Counted from the stretch's first letter, positions 40,614 to 50,085 are shown. The stretch is DNA of 64,000 bases from Gemmatimonadaceae bacterium (GCA_045803545.1 JBJMOW010000005.1:768001-832000); one strand, 5' to 3'. A program made the numbers and translations. The notes: generated from the sequence alone by a model not told the origin.

Positions 40614-42224
40614 CTAACCAGTGACCGTCCACTCGGCGAGATCCACCCACCACGCGTTTGGCCTGATTCCGATCGGATGAATCCGTTTGGATGCACCCTG
40701 GACGTTTCTCAACTCATAGATCCACATCGCAGGTGCGTCATCGGTGAGTATCCGATACGCCCGACGATACAACTCGGTGCTACGCGTCGGGTTCATCTCT
40801 CTGACTGCGCTGTCGATAAGGGCGTCGAACGCCGGATTGCTATAGGAGGTCGCGTTGTACCCGCCCTTCTTGATCTCAGAGCTCGCCCACTCCTCCCGCA
40901 CTGAAGATGGTGTCGGATCGATATGCCAGGCATTGAGCAGCACCTCGAATTTCCTGTTTTCCATATTGGCGCCGAAGGTGTTCAGCTCGAGCTCGTCGAT
41001 GCGAACTTCGGCGCCCGCCTTCCGCCACTGCTCCTGAAGCAAGACTGCGATTCGCTTACGAATGGTGCTCGAGCTTGGTACGCTCAAGCTGAATGAAAGC
41101 GGGATCGACCCGCGGGCGCGCATGCCGTTGGCGCCACGCTTCCAACCCAGGGAGTCAAGCGTGCGCGCCGCTCCGTCCGGATCATAGCGAAGCCCGAGGG
41201 TTGTATCGCTCGTGGCAAGAATTCGAGTCGCTGGACCATAGGCAACGAGGCCGAGCGTGTCGAATACGTTTTTCACGATCGACGCGCGATCGATTGCTCT
41301 CACCAAGGCGCGTCGGGTCTCTCGGTCGCCGAACACCGGGTGCGGTCCAGTATTCCGCGCATCGCGGAGGTTGAAAGCGGCGTACCCGTAGTCGAGGCTT
41401 CCGGCGGAGACGATCACGTCTTTGCCCTTCGACTTCACTTCCGCGACCCGTTCGGGCTTCACCACGTCGAGGAAGTCGGCGGTGCCGTCCAGAAATCTGA
41501 GCTCGGCGGTCGGATAATCCGCGGCGATCACCCAGATCACCCTGTCGGCATTCGGTCGACCCCGATAGTTGGTGGTGTCGGCCTGCAGCACGATTCGCGC
41601 GCTACGGTCCCACGACCCGAACTTGAAGCGGCCACTACCAACTGGCGCCCGGGCGAAATCGCTTTCCGCGAGCTTGGCCGCTTGTGTCTTCTCGAGCAAA
41701 TGTTGAGGCAGGATGACAACGGGTGTCGCCGCCTTGAAGAACTGATCGGGCGCACGTCTGTGAAACCATACGACTGCCGTCAGTGAATCGGGCACTGTCA
41801 CCGAATCAACATCGTCGAGATTCCCCGACAGCGGCGAAGCCAGTGAAGTGTCCTTCACCAGGCCGAAGGTGTAGCGCACGTCGTACGCGCTGACCGCCAC
41901 CCCGTCGTGCCAGCGTGCGCTGGGATTTATGTGAAATGATATCCAGGTCGAGTCGGGACTCCACCGCCAGCGATCGGCGAGTCGAGGAGTGAAGCCGGCG
42001 TCGCCGACGGTGTTCAAGGTCGGGCCCACATCAGCAAGGTTATCGAAAACCTGATCTACGACTTGCTTGCCCTGCAGCGTCAGTGTGAGGGGCGGCAACA
42101 GAACGTCAGCGTCTGCAGCGGTCGAGATGACGATCGTTCCACCTACACGCCTCTCCGTCGAGCACGCCGCGAGAACCGACATCAACGCGAGCGTGATCGA
42201 GAAAATGGGAGCTATTCTCTTCAA
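40614..42224 (-). CDS. Peptide ABC transporter substrate-binding lipoprotein (OppA/AppA-like, family 5), no permeases nearby
   Basis: Lipobox LAAC; LADRW, WHDG..VSAYDV.YT, PVGSGRFK, RRAL..AIDR; TTG start overlaps the upstream TGA (TTGA 42224-42221). Confidence 0.88.
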   Translation of the reverse strand: MKRIAPIFSITLALMSVLAACSTERRVGGTIVISTAADADVLLPPLTLTLQGKQVVDQVFDNLADVGPTLNTVGDAGFTPRLADRWRWSPDSTWISFHINPSARWHDGVAVSAYDVRYTFGLVKDTSLASPLSGNLDDVDSVTVPDSLTAVVWFHRRAPDQFFKAATPVVILPQHLLEKTQAAKLAESDFARAPVGSGRFKFGSWDRSARIVLQADTTNYRGRPNADRVIWVIAADYPTAELRFLDGTADFLDVVKPERVAEVKSKGKDVIVSAGSLDYGYAAFNLRDARNTGPHPVFGDRETRRALVRAIDRASIVKNVFDTLGLVAYGPATRILATSDTTLGLRYDPDGAARTLDSLGWKRGANGMRARGSIPLSFSLSVPSSSTIRKRIAVLLQEQWRKAGAEVRIDELELNTFGANMENRKFEVLLNAWHIDPTPSSVREEWASSEIKKGGYNATSYSNPAFDALIDSAVREMNPTRSTELYRRAYRILTDDAPAMWIYELRNVQGASKRIHPIGIRPNAWWVDLAEWTVTG

Positions 42225-43867
42225 ACGAAGTTTCCTATTGAGACGGCTGCAATGTTTTGCGGCGTCTGCCGGTCGGGAATCGTGGTGCTCGATGCCCATT
42301 CCAGAAACGCATCGAGCAGCATCGGATCGAACTGCCCGTTAGACGAGCGCATCACTTCGGCGGCACGCGCATGCGACAAGCTATCCCGGTACGACCGCGC
42401 CGTTGTCAGCGCGTCGTAGACGTCGGCGACGCAAAGAATCCGCGCAGCAAACGGGATATCATCCCCTTTCAGTCCATCCGGGTAGCCACTGCCATCCCAC
42501 CGCTCGTGATGATTGCGGATAATCGATCGCACATCACCCGGAAAATCGATGTCGGCCACGAGGTCCAGCCCCGCTTCCGGATGGCGCTTCATGATCGACC
42601 ACTCTTCCTCGGTGAGATCGCCCGCCTTGTTCAATACTTCGGTCGGTACGATGATCTTGCCGATGTCGTGGAGCAGTGCGCCAAGCCTGAACCAGAAGAG
42701 GGACTGGGCGTCCATCCCCATGCTGTCCGCCAGTACGCATGCAAAGAACGCGACGCGTTGGCAGTGACCCTGGGTGTAATGGTCTTTGCTCTCGATCGAA
42801 TCGCCCCAGTGGTGCGCCATCTCGAGAAACCTGGCTTCCAGCGCTGCGTTGCGACGTTCCACCTGCGCTACGCGGTGCTGTGCCTTTAGTCGTGAGTAAA
42901 GCGCGTGCGATTCGTTGAGGTGCGCGAGCATATCGCGATGCCGCTTCTGGGTCCAATACAGCTCCGCGAGTTGCTCGGTGACGTCTGCCTTCAGCAGCAG
43001 GTCCTCTGCTTCCTCGGCGCATTCTGACGCGCGGCCGAGGTATTCGGCGGCCTTCATGGAGTCGCCACGCTCACGTGCAATCACGCCGACATGGCGGAAG
43101 ACTTCACCGCGCCAGGAAGCGGTGATCTCACCCGTAAGCTCCAATAGTGGCGAGGCGCGTTCCTGCGCTTCCTCGAACCGGCCAGTCGCGATGCAGAGCT
43201 GAATCTGATTGAGGGCGACGTTCAGTCTGTTCGCCTGATCGTTCTCCTCACCGAAAGTGCGTTCCGCTTCGGCGTAGGCTTGCGCGGCGCTTTCGAGGTC
43301 CCCGAGGTCGCTATACGCGAGGCCAATGTTGTTGAGGACCTGCGCCGCCTGATCGCGCCGACCGAGCTTTCGATACCCTTCGAAACTCGACTTGAATGCG
43401 CTGAGCGCGCGGTTGATGTCACCGCGAATGCTGGCGACGGTACCCAGATTCTGATCGATCATCGCCAGTGCCTCTGCATCGCCAATCGACTGCGCGGTGA
43501 GGCGTGCTTCCGTGTAGCGCGACTCCGCCAGATCGAGATCACCACCGGTCTGATGGACGATGGCGACTACGTTGAGCGCTTGCGCGATTGCAGACGCTGA
43601 GCCGGCCTGCGATGCAGCGGCAACAGCCGCCTCCAATACATCCATCGCGGCGCCGCGATTGCCCAGCTCGAGGTAGACCCGGCCCAGCCAGCGCAGAGCG
43701 GACAGGCGGGTTACGTCGTCGGCAAACGGATTGCGCACGAGCAGCTCGTAGCGGTGCGACGCATCCGTCCAGCGACCCTCCCGCTCCGCGACTTTCGCTT
43801 CTTCAACGAGAGATTGTATTGCCTGCGATTCCACCTCGCTCTCGCGAGATGTGGAACGTGCCGTCAT
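42221..43867 (-). CDS. TPR-repeat plus HD-GYP phosphodiesterase, copy 1
   Basis: N-terminal TPRs; ESKDHYTQGH, LLHDIGK, HHERWDGSGYP, ADVYDAL. Confidence 0.92.
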   Translation of the reverse strand: MTARSTSRESEVESQAIQSLVEEAKVAEREGRWTDASHRYELLVRNPFADDVTRLSALRWLGRVYLELGNRGAAMDVLEAAVAAASQAGSASAIAQALNVVAIVHQTGGDLDLAESRYTEARLTAQSIGDAEALAMIDQNLGTVASIRGDINRALSAFKSSFEGYRKLGRRDQAAQVLNNIGLAYSDLGDLESAAQAYAEAERTFGEENDQANRLNVALNQIQLCIATGRFEEAQERASPLLELTGEITASWRGEVFRHVGVIARERGDSMKAAEYLGRASECAEEAEDLLLKADVTEQLAELYWTQKRHRDMLAHLNESHALYSRLKAQHRVAQVERRNAALEARFLEMAHHWGDSIESKDHYTQGHCQRVAFFACVLADSMGMDAQSLFWFRLGALLHDIGKIIVPTEVLNKAGDLTEEEWSIMKRHPEAGLDLVADIDFPGDVRSIIRNHHERWDGSGYPDGLKGDDIPFAARILCVADVYDALTTARSYRDSLSHARAAEVMRSSNGQFDPMLLDAFLEWASSTTIPDRQTPQNIAAVSIGNFV

Positions 43868-44883
43868 GACGATGCGAGAATGGTGCGCCGCTGGGAGCCT
43901 TCATCGCGCAGTTTGCGCGTCAAAGTGGGGCGGGAGATTCCAAGAATGCGGGCGGCCGCGCTCAGATTGCCACCGGTGAGGCCGATGGTGGTGTGAATCG
44001 CTTCGTCGACGATCGCCTGCAACGACTTCCCCTCGGGCGGGATGCGGATCATGCCGCCCGTCGGAGTTTCGACCAGCGGCACGTAGGAACGCCGCTGAAG
44101 TGAAAGGTGGTGCGGCTGAATGACGTCACCGGTACAGACGACAACCGCGCGCTCGATGACATTCTTGAGCTCGCGGATATTGCCCGGCCAACGGTGTCTT
44201 TCCAGCGCGGCGATCGAGTCCTGGCCCAGACGCAGGTTCTCCCGACCCTCACTTTCGGCGTGGCGGCGAACGAAAAAGTTGGCGAGGATAGGAATGTCTC
44301 CTTCCCTCTCGCGCAACGCCGGAAGCTCGAGCCTTGCAACGTTAAGTCGATAAAAGAGATCGGCACGGAAGCGGTTGTCAGCGACCGCCGTCTCCAGAGA
44401 CGAGTTTGTCCCTGCGACAATGCGTGCGTCAAGAGCGCGTTCTTCGGACCCGCCCAACCGCCGGAATCGCCTGTCTTCGACGACCCTTAGGAGCTTTGCC
44501 TGCAGCTTAAGTGGCAGTTCCGCGACCTCGTCGAGAAAAACAGTCCCGGCGCCGGCCACTTCGAAAAGACCCCGTTTTAACGCGCGGGCATCAGTAAACG
44601 CTCCCGGCTCGTGTCCAAAGAGCTCGCTTTCGAGCAAGGTTTCCGGGATGGCAGCGCAGTTAATCGCTACGAAAGGCTCGGCAGCCCGGGCGCTCGCCGC
44701 GTGGATGCCGCGGGCGAAAAGCTCTTTGCCAGTGCCCGTTTCACCTACGAGCAATACTGTCACGCTGCGACTCGCTGCCACTTGCGTCGCCAGGGCAATG
44801 ACTTCGCGGATTGCAGGGCTCTGTCCGATTACGTGAGCATCCCACCGCTCCTGCGCGGTTTGCTGCAGTCGGGCTGTAATAAT
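43864..44883 (-). CDS. Sigma54-dependent activator (AAA+ and Fis HTH, no sensory domain); true start probably upstream of GTG 44781, candidate ATT 44883/44880
   Basis: GETGTGKE, ESELFGHEPGAFTDA, FLDEV, FRADLFYRLN, WPGNIRELKN, GNLSAAARILGISRPTL; in-frame upstream IGQSPAIREV. Confidence 0.88.
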   Translation of the reverse strand: MITARLQQTAQERWDAHVIGQSPAIREVIALATQVAASRSVTVLLVGETGTGKELFARGIHAASARAAEPFVAINCAAIPETLLESELFGHEPGAFTDARALKRGLFEVAGAGTVFLDEVAELPLKLQAKLLRVVEDRRFRRLGGSEERALDARIVAGTNSSLETAVADNRFRADLFYRLNVARLELPALREREGDIPILANFFVRRHAESEGRENLRLGQDSIAALERHRWPGNIRELKNVIERAVVVCTGDVIQPHHLSLQRRSYVPLVETPTGGMIRIPPEGKSLQAIVDEAIHTTIGLTGGNLSAAARILGISRPTLTRKLRDEGSQRRTILASS

Positions 44884-45018
44884 TCCACCGTTCCTTTATC
44901 GCGTGGGCAACAACTGCCCGCGCGCGGAATTGTCATCGAGCGAATTGTCCCCAGCAACGGGGTTGGGCTTATCTAGGAGACGAGGAGACTGGTGGCCAAG
45001 TCACCAGTTTTGTTGGAC

Positions 45019-46128
45019 TTAGAGCTCTGCCGTTGGGGGCTCTGAAATGTCCGGATTCGGGCGGATGTACTTCGGGCGCAATCGCGCAGCCTTCTCCTTC
45101 GATGGGCCTGTTCCGAGCGTTGCGAGCAGTGCTTTAATCTCGGCGGCGTCGGTTCTGGCACCAAGGTCGTCAAATGACTCAGCCGCCTCACGCCAGGCCA
45201 GCTCGGCGTCAGCATTGTTTCCCAGGGCGTGCGAGGTCTGACCGAGCTCACGAAGCATCTCCGCCTGTAAGAGGCGGTCTTCCAGCCCCTCTGCCTCGAA
45301 GATTCCGATACGAAGCGTAGCGAGACTGGCGCTCAGCGACCCGCGTTCGCGCTCGATGCGGGCACGGCACTTCAGCGCCTCGGCCATGGTGAGGTGGTCC
45401 CCGCGGTGGTGGGCGCTCCCATAGGCTTCGGCGCACGCGTGCTCCGCTTCGTCGAGTTTTCCCATCGCGACCCAAACCCAGCCGAGATTGAGAACCAGTA
45501 CGCTCTCGACGAGTGCATCGCCCCGATTGCGGGCAATTCGCAACCCGCGGTCGAAAGTCTCTACCGCCCGCTGATAGTGTCCGAGCTTCGTGTACAGCAT
45601 GCCCAGGTTATTGAGAACCCAGGACATTGCCTCGCTATCCCTTGTCTGCTCGAACGCGCCAAGGCTGTTGTAGTAGCGAGCTTCCGCGGCGACGAATCTG
45701 CCGCGCATGTTGAGGAGAACGCCCCGGTTCTGCTCGATCATTCCGAGCAGACGCACGTCGCCCGCTCTGGCGGCGTACTCCGCCGCTTCGTGATAAAGGC
45801 GCTCGCATTCGATGAGGTTGCCGCGTCGCTGGGCGATGATCGCCAGGCAATTGTACGCGTGTGCCTTGCAGGCGGCCGATCCAGAGAGATCCGCCTGGTG
45901 CAGACTCTCTGTGTAGCAGCGATACGCGGCTTCCGTCTCACCCTGCTCGCGATGCAGAGTTCCCTTCCAGCGAAGGGCTTCGGCTAGAGCAGCTGATTCC
46001 TGCTCACGCTCGAGGGATTCGATGGCGTCGTCGTAGTAGCCGAATGCCTTCGCTGTATCACCCCGCCGCTCAGCATCGCGTGCCAGCTCGATCAGGCGAC
46101 GCGATTCTTCAGGTGCAGTCTGCTTCAT
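45019..46128 (-). CDS. Cytoplasmic TPR-only protein, copy 1
   Basis: Tandem helical repeats (LRWKGTLHREQGE, MIEQNRG, VLNNLG); no signal peptide; paralog of 48326-49348. Confidence 0.88.
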   Translation of the reverse strand: MKQTAPEESRRLIELARDAERRGDTAKAFGYYDDAIESLEREQESAALAEALRWKGTLHREQGETEAAYRCYTESLHQADLSGSAACKAHAYNCLAIIAQRRGNLIECERLYHEAAEYAARAGDVRLLGMIEQNRGVLLNMRGRFVAAEARYYNSLGAFEQTRDSEAMSWVLNNLGMLYTKLGHYQRAVETFDRGLRIARNRGDALVESVLVLNLGWVWVAMGKLDEAEHACAEAYGSAHHRGDHLTMAEALKCRARIERERGSLSASLATLRIGIFEAEGLEDRLLQAEMLRELGQTSHALGNNADAELAWREAAESFDDLGARTDAAEIKALLATLGTGPSKEKAARLRPKYIRPNPDISEPPTAEL

Positions 46129-46185
46129 AAAAGCGAGACTGTGTTTCGGCCCATGCTACCCCTCGCGAGCGGTGAGGTGAACAGT

Positions 46186-46416
46186 CTACTTCAAACTGTC
46201 GGTTCTGAAAAGAAGATTTTTCGCTTGGTCGGTGCAGCCTTCGACACAGGCTTGCGCGCCAGAGATGAGAATGTAGCGCGAATATGCTGCAGTAACCGGA
46301 GAGCTGGAATTTACGGTTTTAAGAGGCGGGCTGGTAAGAGCGGTGTAATCTCCGCACGCAAGACACGCGACGGCGCTCACAGCCGCCAAATACTTAAACA
46401 AACGGCGACCTAACAT
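46186..46416 (-). CDS. Small lipoprotein (76 aa) carrying YSRYILISG-xxx-CVEGC; candidate peptide precursor
   Basis: GAGGTGG upstream, lipobox CLAC, own sigma54 promoter, paralog at 40107-40412. Confidence 0.8.
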   Translation of the reverse strand: MLGRRLFKYLAAVSAVACLACGDYTALTSPPLKTVNSSSPVTAAYSRYILISGAQACVEGCTDQAKNLLFRTDSLK

Positions 46417-46462
46417 GTGAACCACCTCGGAAAGAGATCTGGGTCCTTCCCAGCTCAACCGT

Positions 46463-46578
46463 GGCATAGGGCGTGCCCTTTGCTAACCCACTGTTCTACA
46501 TGATCTTAGCGCGAGTGGGTTGGTTTCCCGCATCCATTTTGTCGTAACGCCGCTTTACGATCGTAAACGTTTCTTTAG
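46463..46578 (-). promoter_or_regulatory. Sigma54 promoter, CTAA-N19-TTAG element and two putative activator sites
   Basis: Minus strand GGGCACGCCCTATGCC (GG 46477-46476, GC 46465-46464); element 46483-46509; CGTAACGCCGCTTTACG 46543 and CGTAAACGTTTCTTTAG 46562. Confidence 0.8.
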
Positions 46579-46594
46579 CGGACTTTCTTCGGCG

Positions 46595-48241
46595 TCACGC
46601 GGCGGGACTGGAGGCGAAAATCGCCAACCTTTGTGGCGTCGGACGGCCTGGAATGTCGGCGGTCTCGGCCCAGGCAAGGAAGGTTTCGAGTAGCTCGGGA
46701 TCAAATTGACCTGCTGATGACTGCATGATCTCGGCTGCGCGGGCGTGGGTCAGGCCCGGACGATAGGATCTGGTCGTGGTCAGGGCGTCGTAGACATCGG
46801 CCACGCAGAGAATTCGCGCCGCGTAAGGGATCTGCTCGCCCTTGAGGCCGTCCGGGTAGCCGGCACCATCCCAGCGCTCGTGATGATTGCGAATGATGGC
46901 GCGTATGTCACCGGGAAAATCGATGTCAGCGACCAGTTCGAGCCCCGCCTCGGGGTGACGCTTCATGATCGACCACTCTTCATCGGTCAGCTTGCCCGGC
47001 TTGTTTAGCACCTCGGTGGGAACGATGATTTTGCCAATGTCGTGCAGAAGTGCGCCAATCCTGAACCAGAACAGTGAGCGCGAATTGAATCCCGCGGTCT
47101 CGGCGAGTACGCACGCGAAGAAAGCGACGCGCTCGCAGTGGCCCTGGGTGTAGCGATCCTTGCTTTCGATCGAGTTGCCCCACTGCTTCGCCATCTCGAG
47201 GAAACGGGACTCCAAGGCATCGTTGCGCTTATCGACCTGTGCCACCCGATGCTGCGCCTTGAGCTGCGAATAGAGTGAGTGCGACTCGTTGAGCGAGTGA
47301 AGCATGTCGCGGTGCCGCTTCTGTGACCAGTAAACTTCCGCGAGCTGCTCCGCGACGTCCGCCCGCAGGAGAAGGTCACCGCTGTCGATTGCGAGATCTT
47401 CTGCGCGCAACAGGCTGTCGGTCGCTTTCGCGTAATCTCCGCACTCGCGAGCGATCACGCCCACGTGGCGGTGTACCTCCCCGCGCCACGGCGCCTGCTC
47501 CTTCGTGGCGACCTCCAATAGCTCGTCGCATTGGACGAGCGCTTCGTCGAAGCGACGTGCCGCGATGTAGAGCTGCACCTTGTTGACAGCGAGGTCGAGT
47601 TGTCGCGCGCGGTCTCCCTCTTCTTCGAACGCCCGAGCGGCTTCGTTGTACGCAACTTCGGCATCGCTCAGCTCGCCGAGCTCCATGTAGGCGAGTGCGA
47701 TGTTGTTCAGTATCTGAGCTTCATGATTACGCATGCCCAGAGTCTGGTATCCGAGATGGCTCAGACGGAAAGCTTCGAGCGCAACCCGGATGTCGCCGCG
47801 GATCATTGCGACCGTGCCGAGGTTTTGATCGATCATGGCGATCAATGCGCCGTCGCCGGCCACCTCCGCTTTGGCGCGCGCGGCGGCGTAAATAGCGGCA
47901 GCCTGGTCGAGGTCTCCGCCAACCTGGTAGGCGATGCCAACCACGTTGAGCGCCTGAGCCACGGCCGGTGGCGAGCCACAGATGTCAGCAGATGTGACCG
48001 CCAATTCGAGCACGTCCAGCGCCGCGCCACGATTCCCCTGCTCGAGATAGGCGCGACCGAGCCAGCGGAGGGCGGCAAGGCGAGTATCCGGCTGCGTGTG
48101 GGGGTCGCGAACCAACGTCTCATAGACTGCGCAGGCGTCGGCCCATCGACCTTCCCGCTCGGCTTTCTTGGCGAGGTCAATACTTTCGCGAACGGTGGTG
48201 GATTCCACCGCCTTCAATTCAACTGTGGGCCGGTTGGTCAT
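46595..48241 (-). CDS. TPR-repeat plus HD-GYP phosphodiesterase, copy 2
   Basis: 548 aa like copy 1; ESKDRYTQGH, LLHDIGK, HHERWDGAGYP. Confidence 0.92.
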   Translation of the reverse strand: MTNRPTVELKAVESTTVRESIDLAKKAEREGRWADACAVYETLVRDPHTQPDTRLAALRWLGRAYLEQGNRGAALDVLELAVTSADICGSPPAVAQALNVVGIAYQVGGDLDQAAAIYAAARAKAEVAGDGALIAMIDQNLGTVAMIRGDIRVALEAFRLSHLGYQTLGMRNHEAQILNNIALAYMELGELSDAEVAYNEAARAFEEEGDRARQLDLAVNKVQLYIAARRFDEALVQCDELLEVATKEQAPWRGEVHRHVGVIARECGDYAKATDSLLRAEDLAIDSGDLLLRADVAEQLAEVYWSQKRHRDMLHSLNESHSLYSQLKAQHRVAQVDKRNDALESRFLEMAKQWGNSIESKDRYTQGHCERVAFFACVLAETAGFNSRSLFWFRIGALLHDIGKIIVPTEVLNKPGKLTDEEWSIMKRHPEAGLELVADIDFPGDIRAIIRNHHERWDGAGYPDGLKGEQIPYAARILCVADVYDALTTTRSYRPGLTHARAAEIMQSSAGQFDPELLETFLAWAETADIPGRPTPQRLAIFASSPAA

Positions 48242-48325
48242 TGCGCTCTGCAGGCGACAACGAAAGACGAGCGGCGCTCTGGTGCTGCAACCAGAGTCTA
48301 TGGAAAAGCGACTGCCTGGAAGTGC

Positions 48326-49348
48326 CTACTGCAGCAGCTCGAGCTGATTCCTGACTTCTGTTAGCTCTGGCACAGCTCCGATCTTCTCGTACGAGTCAAA
48401 AGCTTCTCGCAAGGCAGAGCGCGCAGCGCCGGCGTTGCCTACGGCACGGGAGATCTCGCCCAGCTCGCGAAGCATTTCGGCGTGGAGGAGCCGGTCTTCG
48501 GCTCCTTCGGCTTCGTAGATCGCGATGCGGAGCGTGGCAATGCTCATGTCGAGCGCACCACGCTGCCGCTCGATGGCGGCACGGACACGCAGCGCGCCAG
48601 CAGCGCTGAGGTGGTCTCCGCGACGTTGCGCCTGACCAAGTGCGTCGACGCACCAGAGGTCTGCTTTGTCGAGTCTGCCGAGACCCATCCACGCTTCGGC
48701 GATGTTCAGCGTGATGACGTTCTTCACGATGCTATCGTTCCGGGCGATTGCGATCGCCATCCCGCGCTGCAGATGCTCGAGCGCTTCGCCGTAATTGCGC
48801 AACTTGGTGTTCAGAATTCCCAGGTTGTTGAGAACCCAGGACATCGGTTCGGTGTCACCCGCGGTCTCGAAAGCACCGAGGCTATTGGAGTAGAACGCCG
48901 CGGCCTTTCCATAGTCGCCAACCATGCTCGCGAGCACACCGCGATTCTGTTCTATCATGCCGAGCAGGCGCGCCTCTCCAGCCTTCACGGCGAGCTCGGA
49001 CGCTTCCGCGTAGAGACGCTCGGTTTCCTTGTGCTCGCAGCGACGCTGCGAGATGGTGCCGAGGCAGTTGAGTGCGTGAGCCTGGTGACCGATGGAACCG
49101 GTCGCTCTTGCCCTCTCCAGGCTTGCCGTATAACAGCGAAACGCTGCTTCGGTTTCGCCCCGCTCCCGAAGCAGCGTTCCTTTCCATCGCAAAACGTCGG
49201 CGATAAATGCGTCGGTGCAATCCTCACCGAGCTGCGCCAGCGCATCGTCGAACAGACCAAGCGCCTTGTCGTTTTCTTCCCGCTTTTCAGCTGTTCGCGC
49301 CAGTTCTACAAGTTGGCGGGCGCGCTCTACATTCTTTGAGTTTTTCAT
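48326..49348 (-). CDS. Cytoplasmic TPR-only protein, copy 2
   Basis: LRWKGTLLRERGETEAA, MIEQNRG, VLNNLG, EDRLLHAEMLRELG. Confidence 0.88.
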   Translation of the reverse strand: MKNSKNVERARQLVELARTAEKREENDKALGLFDDALAQLGEDCTDAFIADVLRWKGTLLRERGETEAAFRCYTASLERARATGSIGHQAHALNCLGTISQRRCEHKETERLYAEASELAVKAGEARLLGMIEQNRGVLASMVGDYGKAAAFYSNSLGAFETAGDTEPMSWVLNNLGILNTKLRNYGEALEHLQRGMAIAIARNDSIVKNVITLNIAEAWMGLGRLDKADLWCVDALGQAQRRGDHLSAAGALRVRAAIERQRGALDMSIATLRIAIYEAEGAEDRLLHAEMLRELGEISRAVGNAGAARSALREAFDSYEKIGAVPELTEVRNQLELLQ

Positions 49349-49396
49349 GTAGACCTGCCCGTTAGAGACACTGGTCGATCTTGGTGCTACACCGGC

Positions 49397-50050
49397 TCAG
49401 CCTGACGCCAGCATGTATCGGGAGAAGTGGTTCAACAGCCACGTCTCGACTTCAGCCTGGCCGCTGCGTGGATTCGAGAAAATCGTGGTCGTTTCGATTT
49501 CCAACGCACGTAGAATGCCTGACAGATCCAGCAGGTCGTGGGCGAAATACGCGCCGAACGAATTCAGTGCCTTCGGCGTGCCGTATACCGCAGTGTTGTT
49601 GAGGCGCTGGGTGACGACCACCGGTTTACGGAACGTGAGACCGTGCGGCTGCATGTCATAAGCGACGTAGCCGGTGCCGTCCGACGTGATGGTGATAGTG
49701 GTCGACGAGGTCAACGCGCCGTAGGGGAAACTGATCGTGAAGTCCGATCCCGGGATGGCGAGGGTTCCACCATTGACGCCAATCGTCGCAGAAACGCTGC
49801 GGACCTGATTGACGTGAGAAGGTGACCACTTCACTGCGTTGACCGGTATACCGTTCGGATCCGTCTGGAATCCGATGACGCGGATCACGTCGCCGAGGAG
49901 ATTGACGACTCCGCCGACGAGTCCTGAAAGGAGACCGTTATCGGCGGTGGTTGGAGCGACTGGTTGAGTTGGGATGCTGTCCGTGCACGACATGACTCCG
50001 ACAGCCGTGACAACGAGCAGCAGCGAGCGGAAAAATCTTGAGCGAATCAT
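49397..50050 (-). CDS. ZU5-like-domain lipoprotein ending HFSRYMLASG (start trimmed to ATG 50050)
   Basis: Lipobox VMSC; IGVNGGTLAIPGSDFTISFPYGAL and MQPHGLTFRKPV match the ZU5 pattern; terminal HFS. Confidence 0.8.
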   Translation of the reverse strand: MIRSRFFRSLLLVVTAVGVMSCTDSIPTQPVAPTTADNGLLSGLVGGVVNLLGDVIRVIGFQTDPNGIPVNAVKWSPSHVNQVRSVSATIGVNGGTLAIPGSDFTISFPYGALTSSTTITITSDGTGYVAYDMQPHGLTFRKPVVVTQRLNNTAVYGTPKALNSFGAYFAHDLLDLSGILRALEIETTTIFSNPRSGQAEVETWLLNHFSRYMLASG

Positions 50051-50085
50051 TGGGCGAACCTGGCTAAGGGGAAAAGGCGCGGTGA

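Noticed and set aside
44899..45018. c-di-GMP riboswitch upstream of the sigma54 activator
   Set aside because: Two short hairpins are present but no GEMM-type consensus was recognisable
40107..46416. Small Cys-containing ORFs as RiPP precursors
   Set aside because: No modifying enzymes (radical SAM, LanM, YcaO) or peptidase-exporter nearby; lipoboxes point to Sec export instead
47531..49339. 277-aa and 285-aa plus-strand ORFs in the signalling locus
   Set aside because: Antisense shadows of the TPR genes; the paralogous unit shows only unrelated-length shadows
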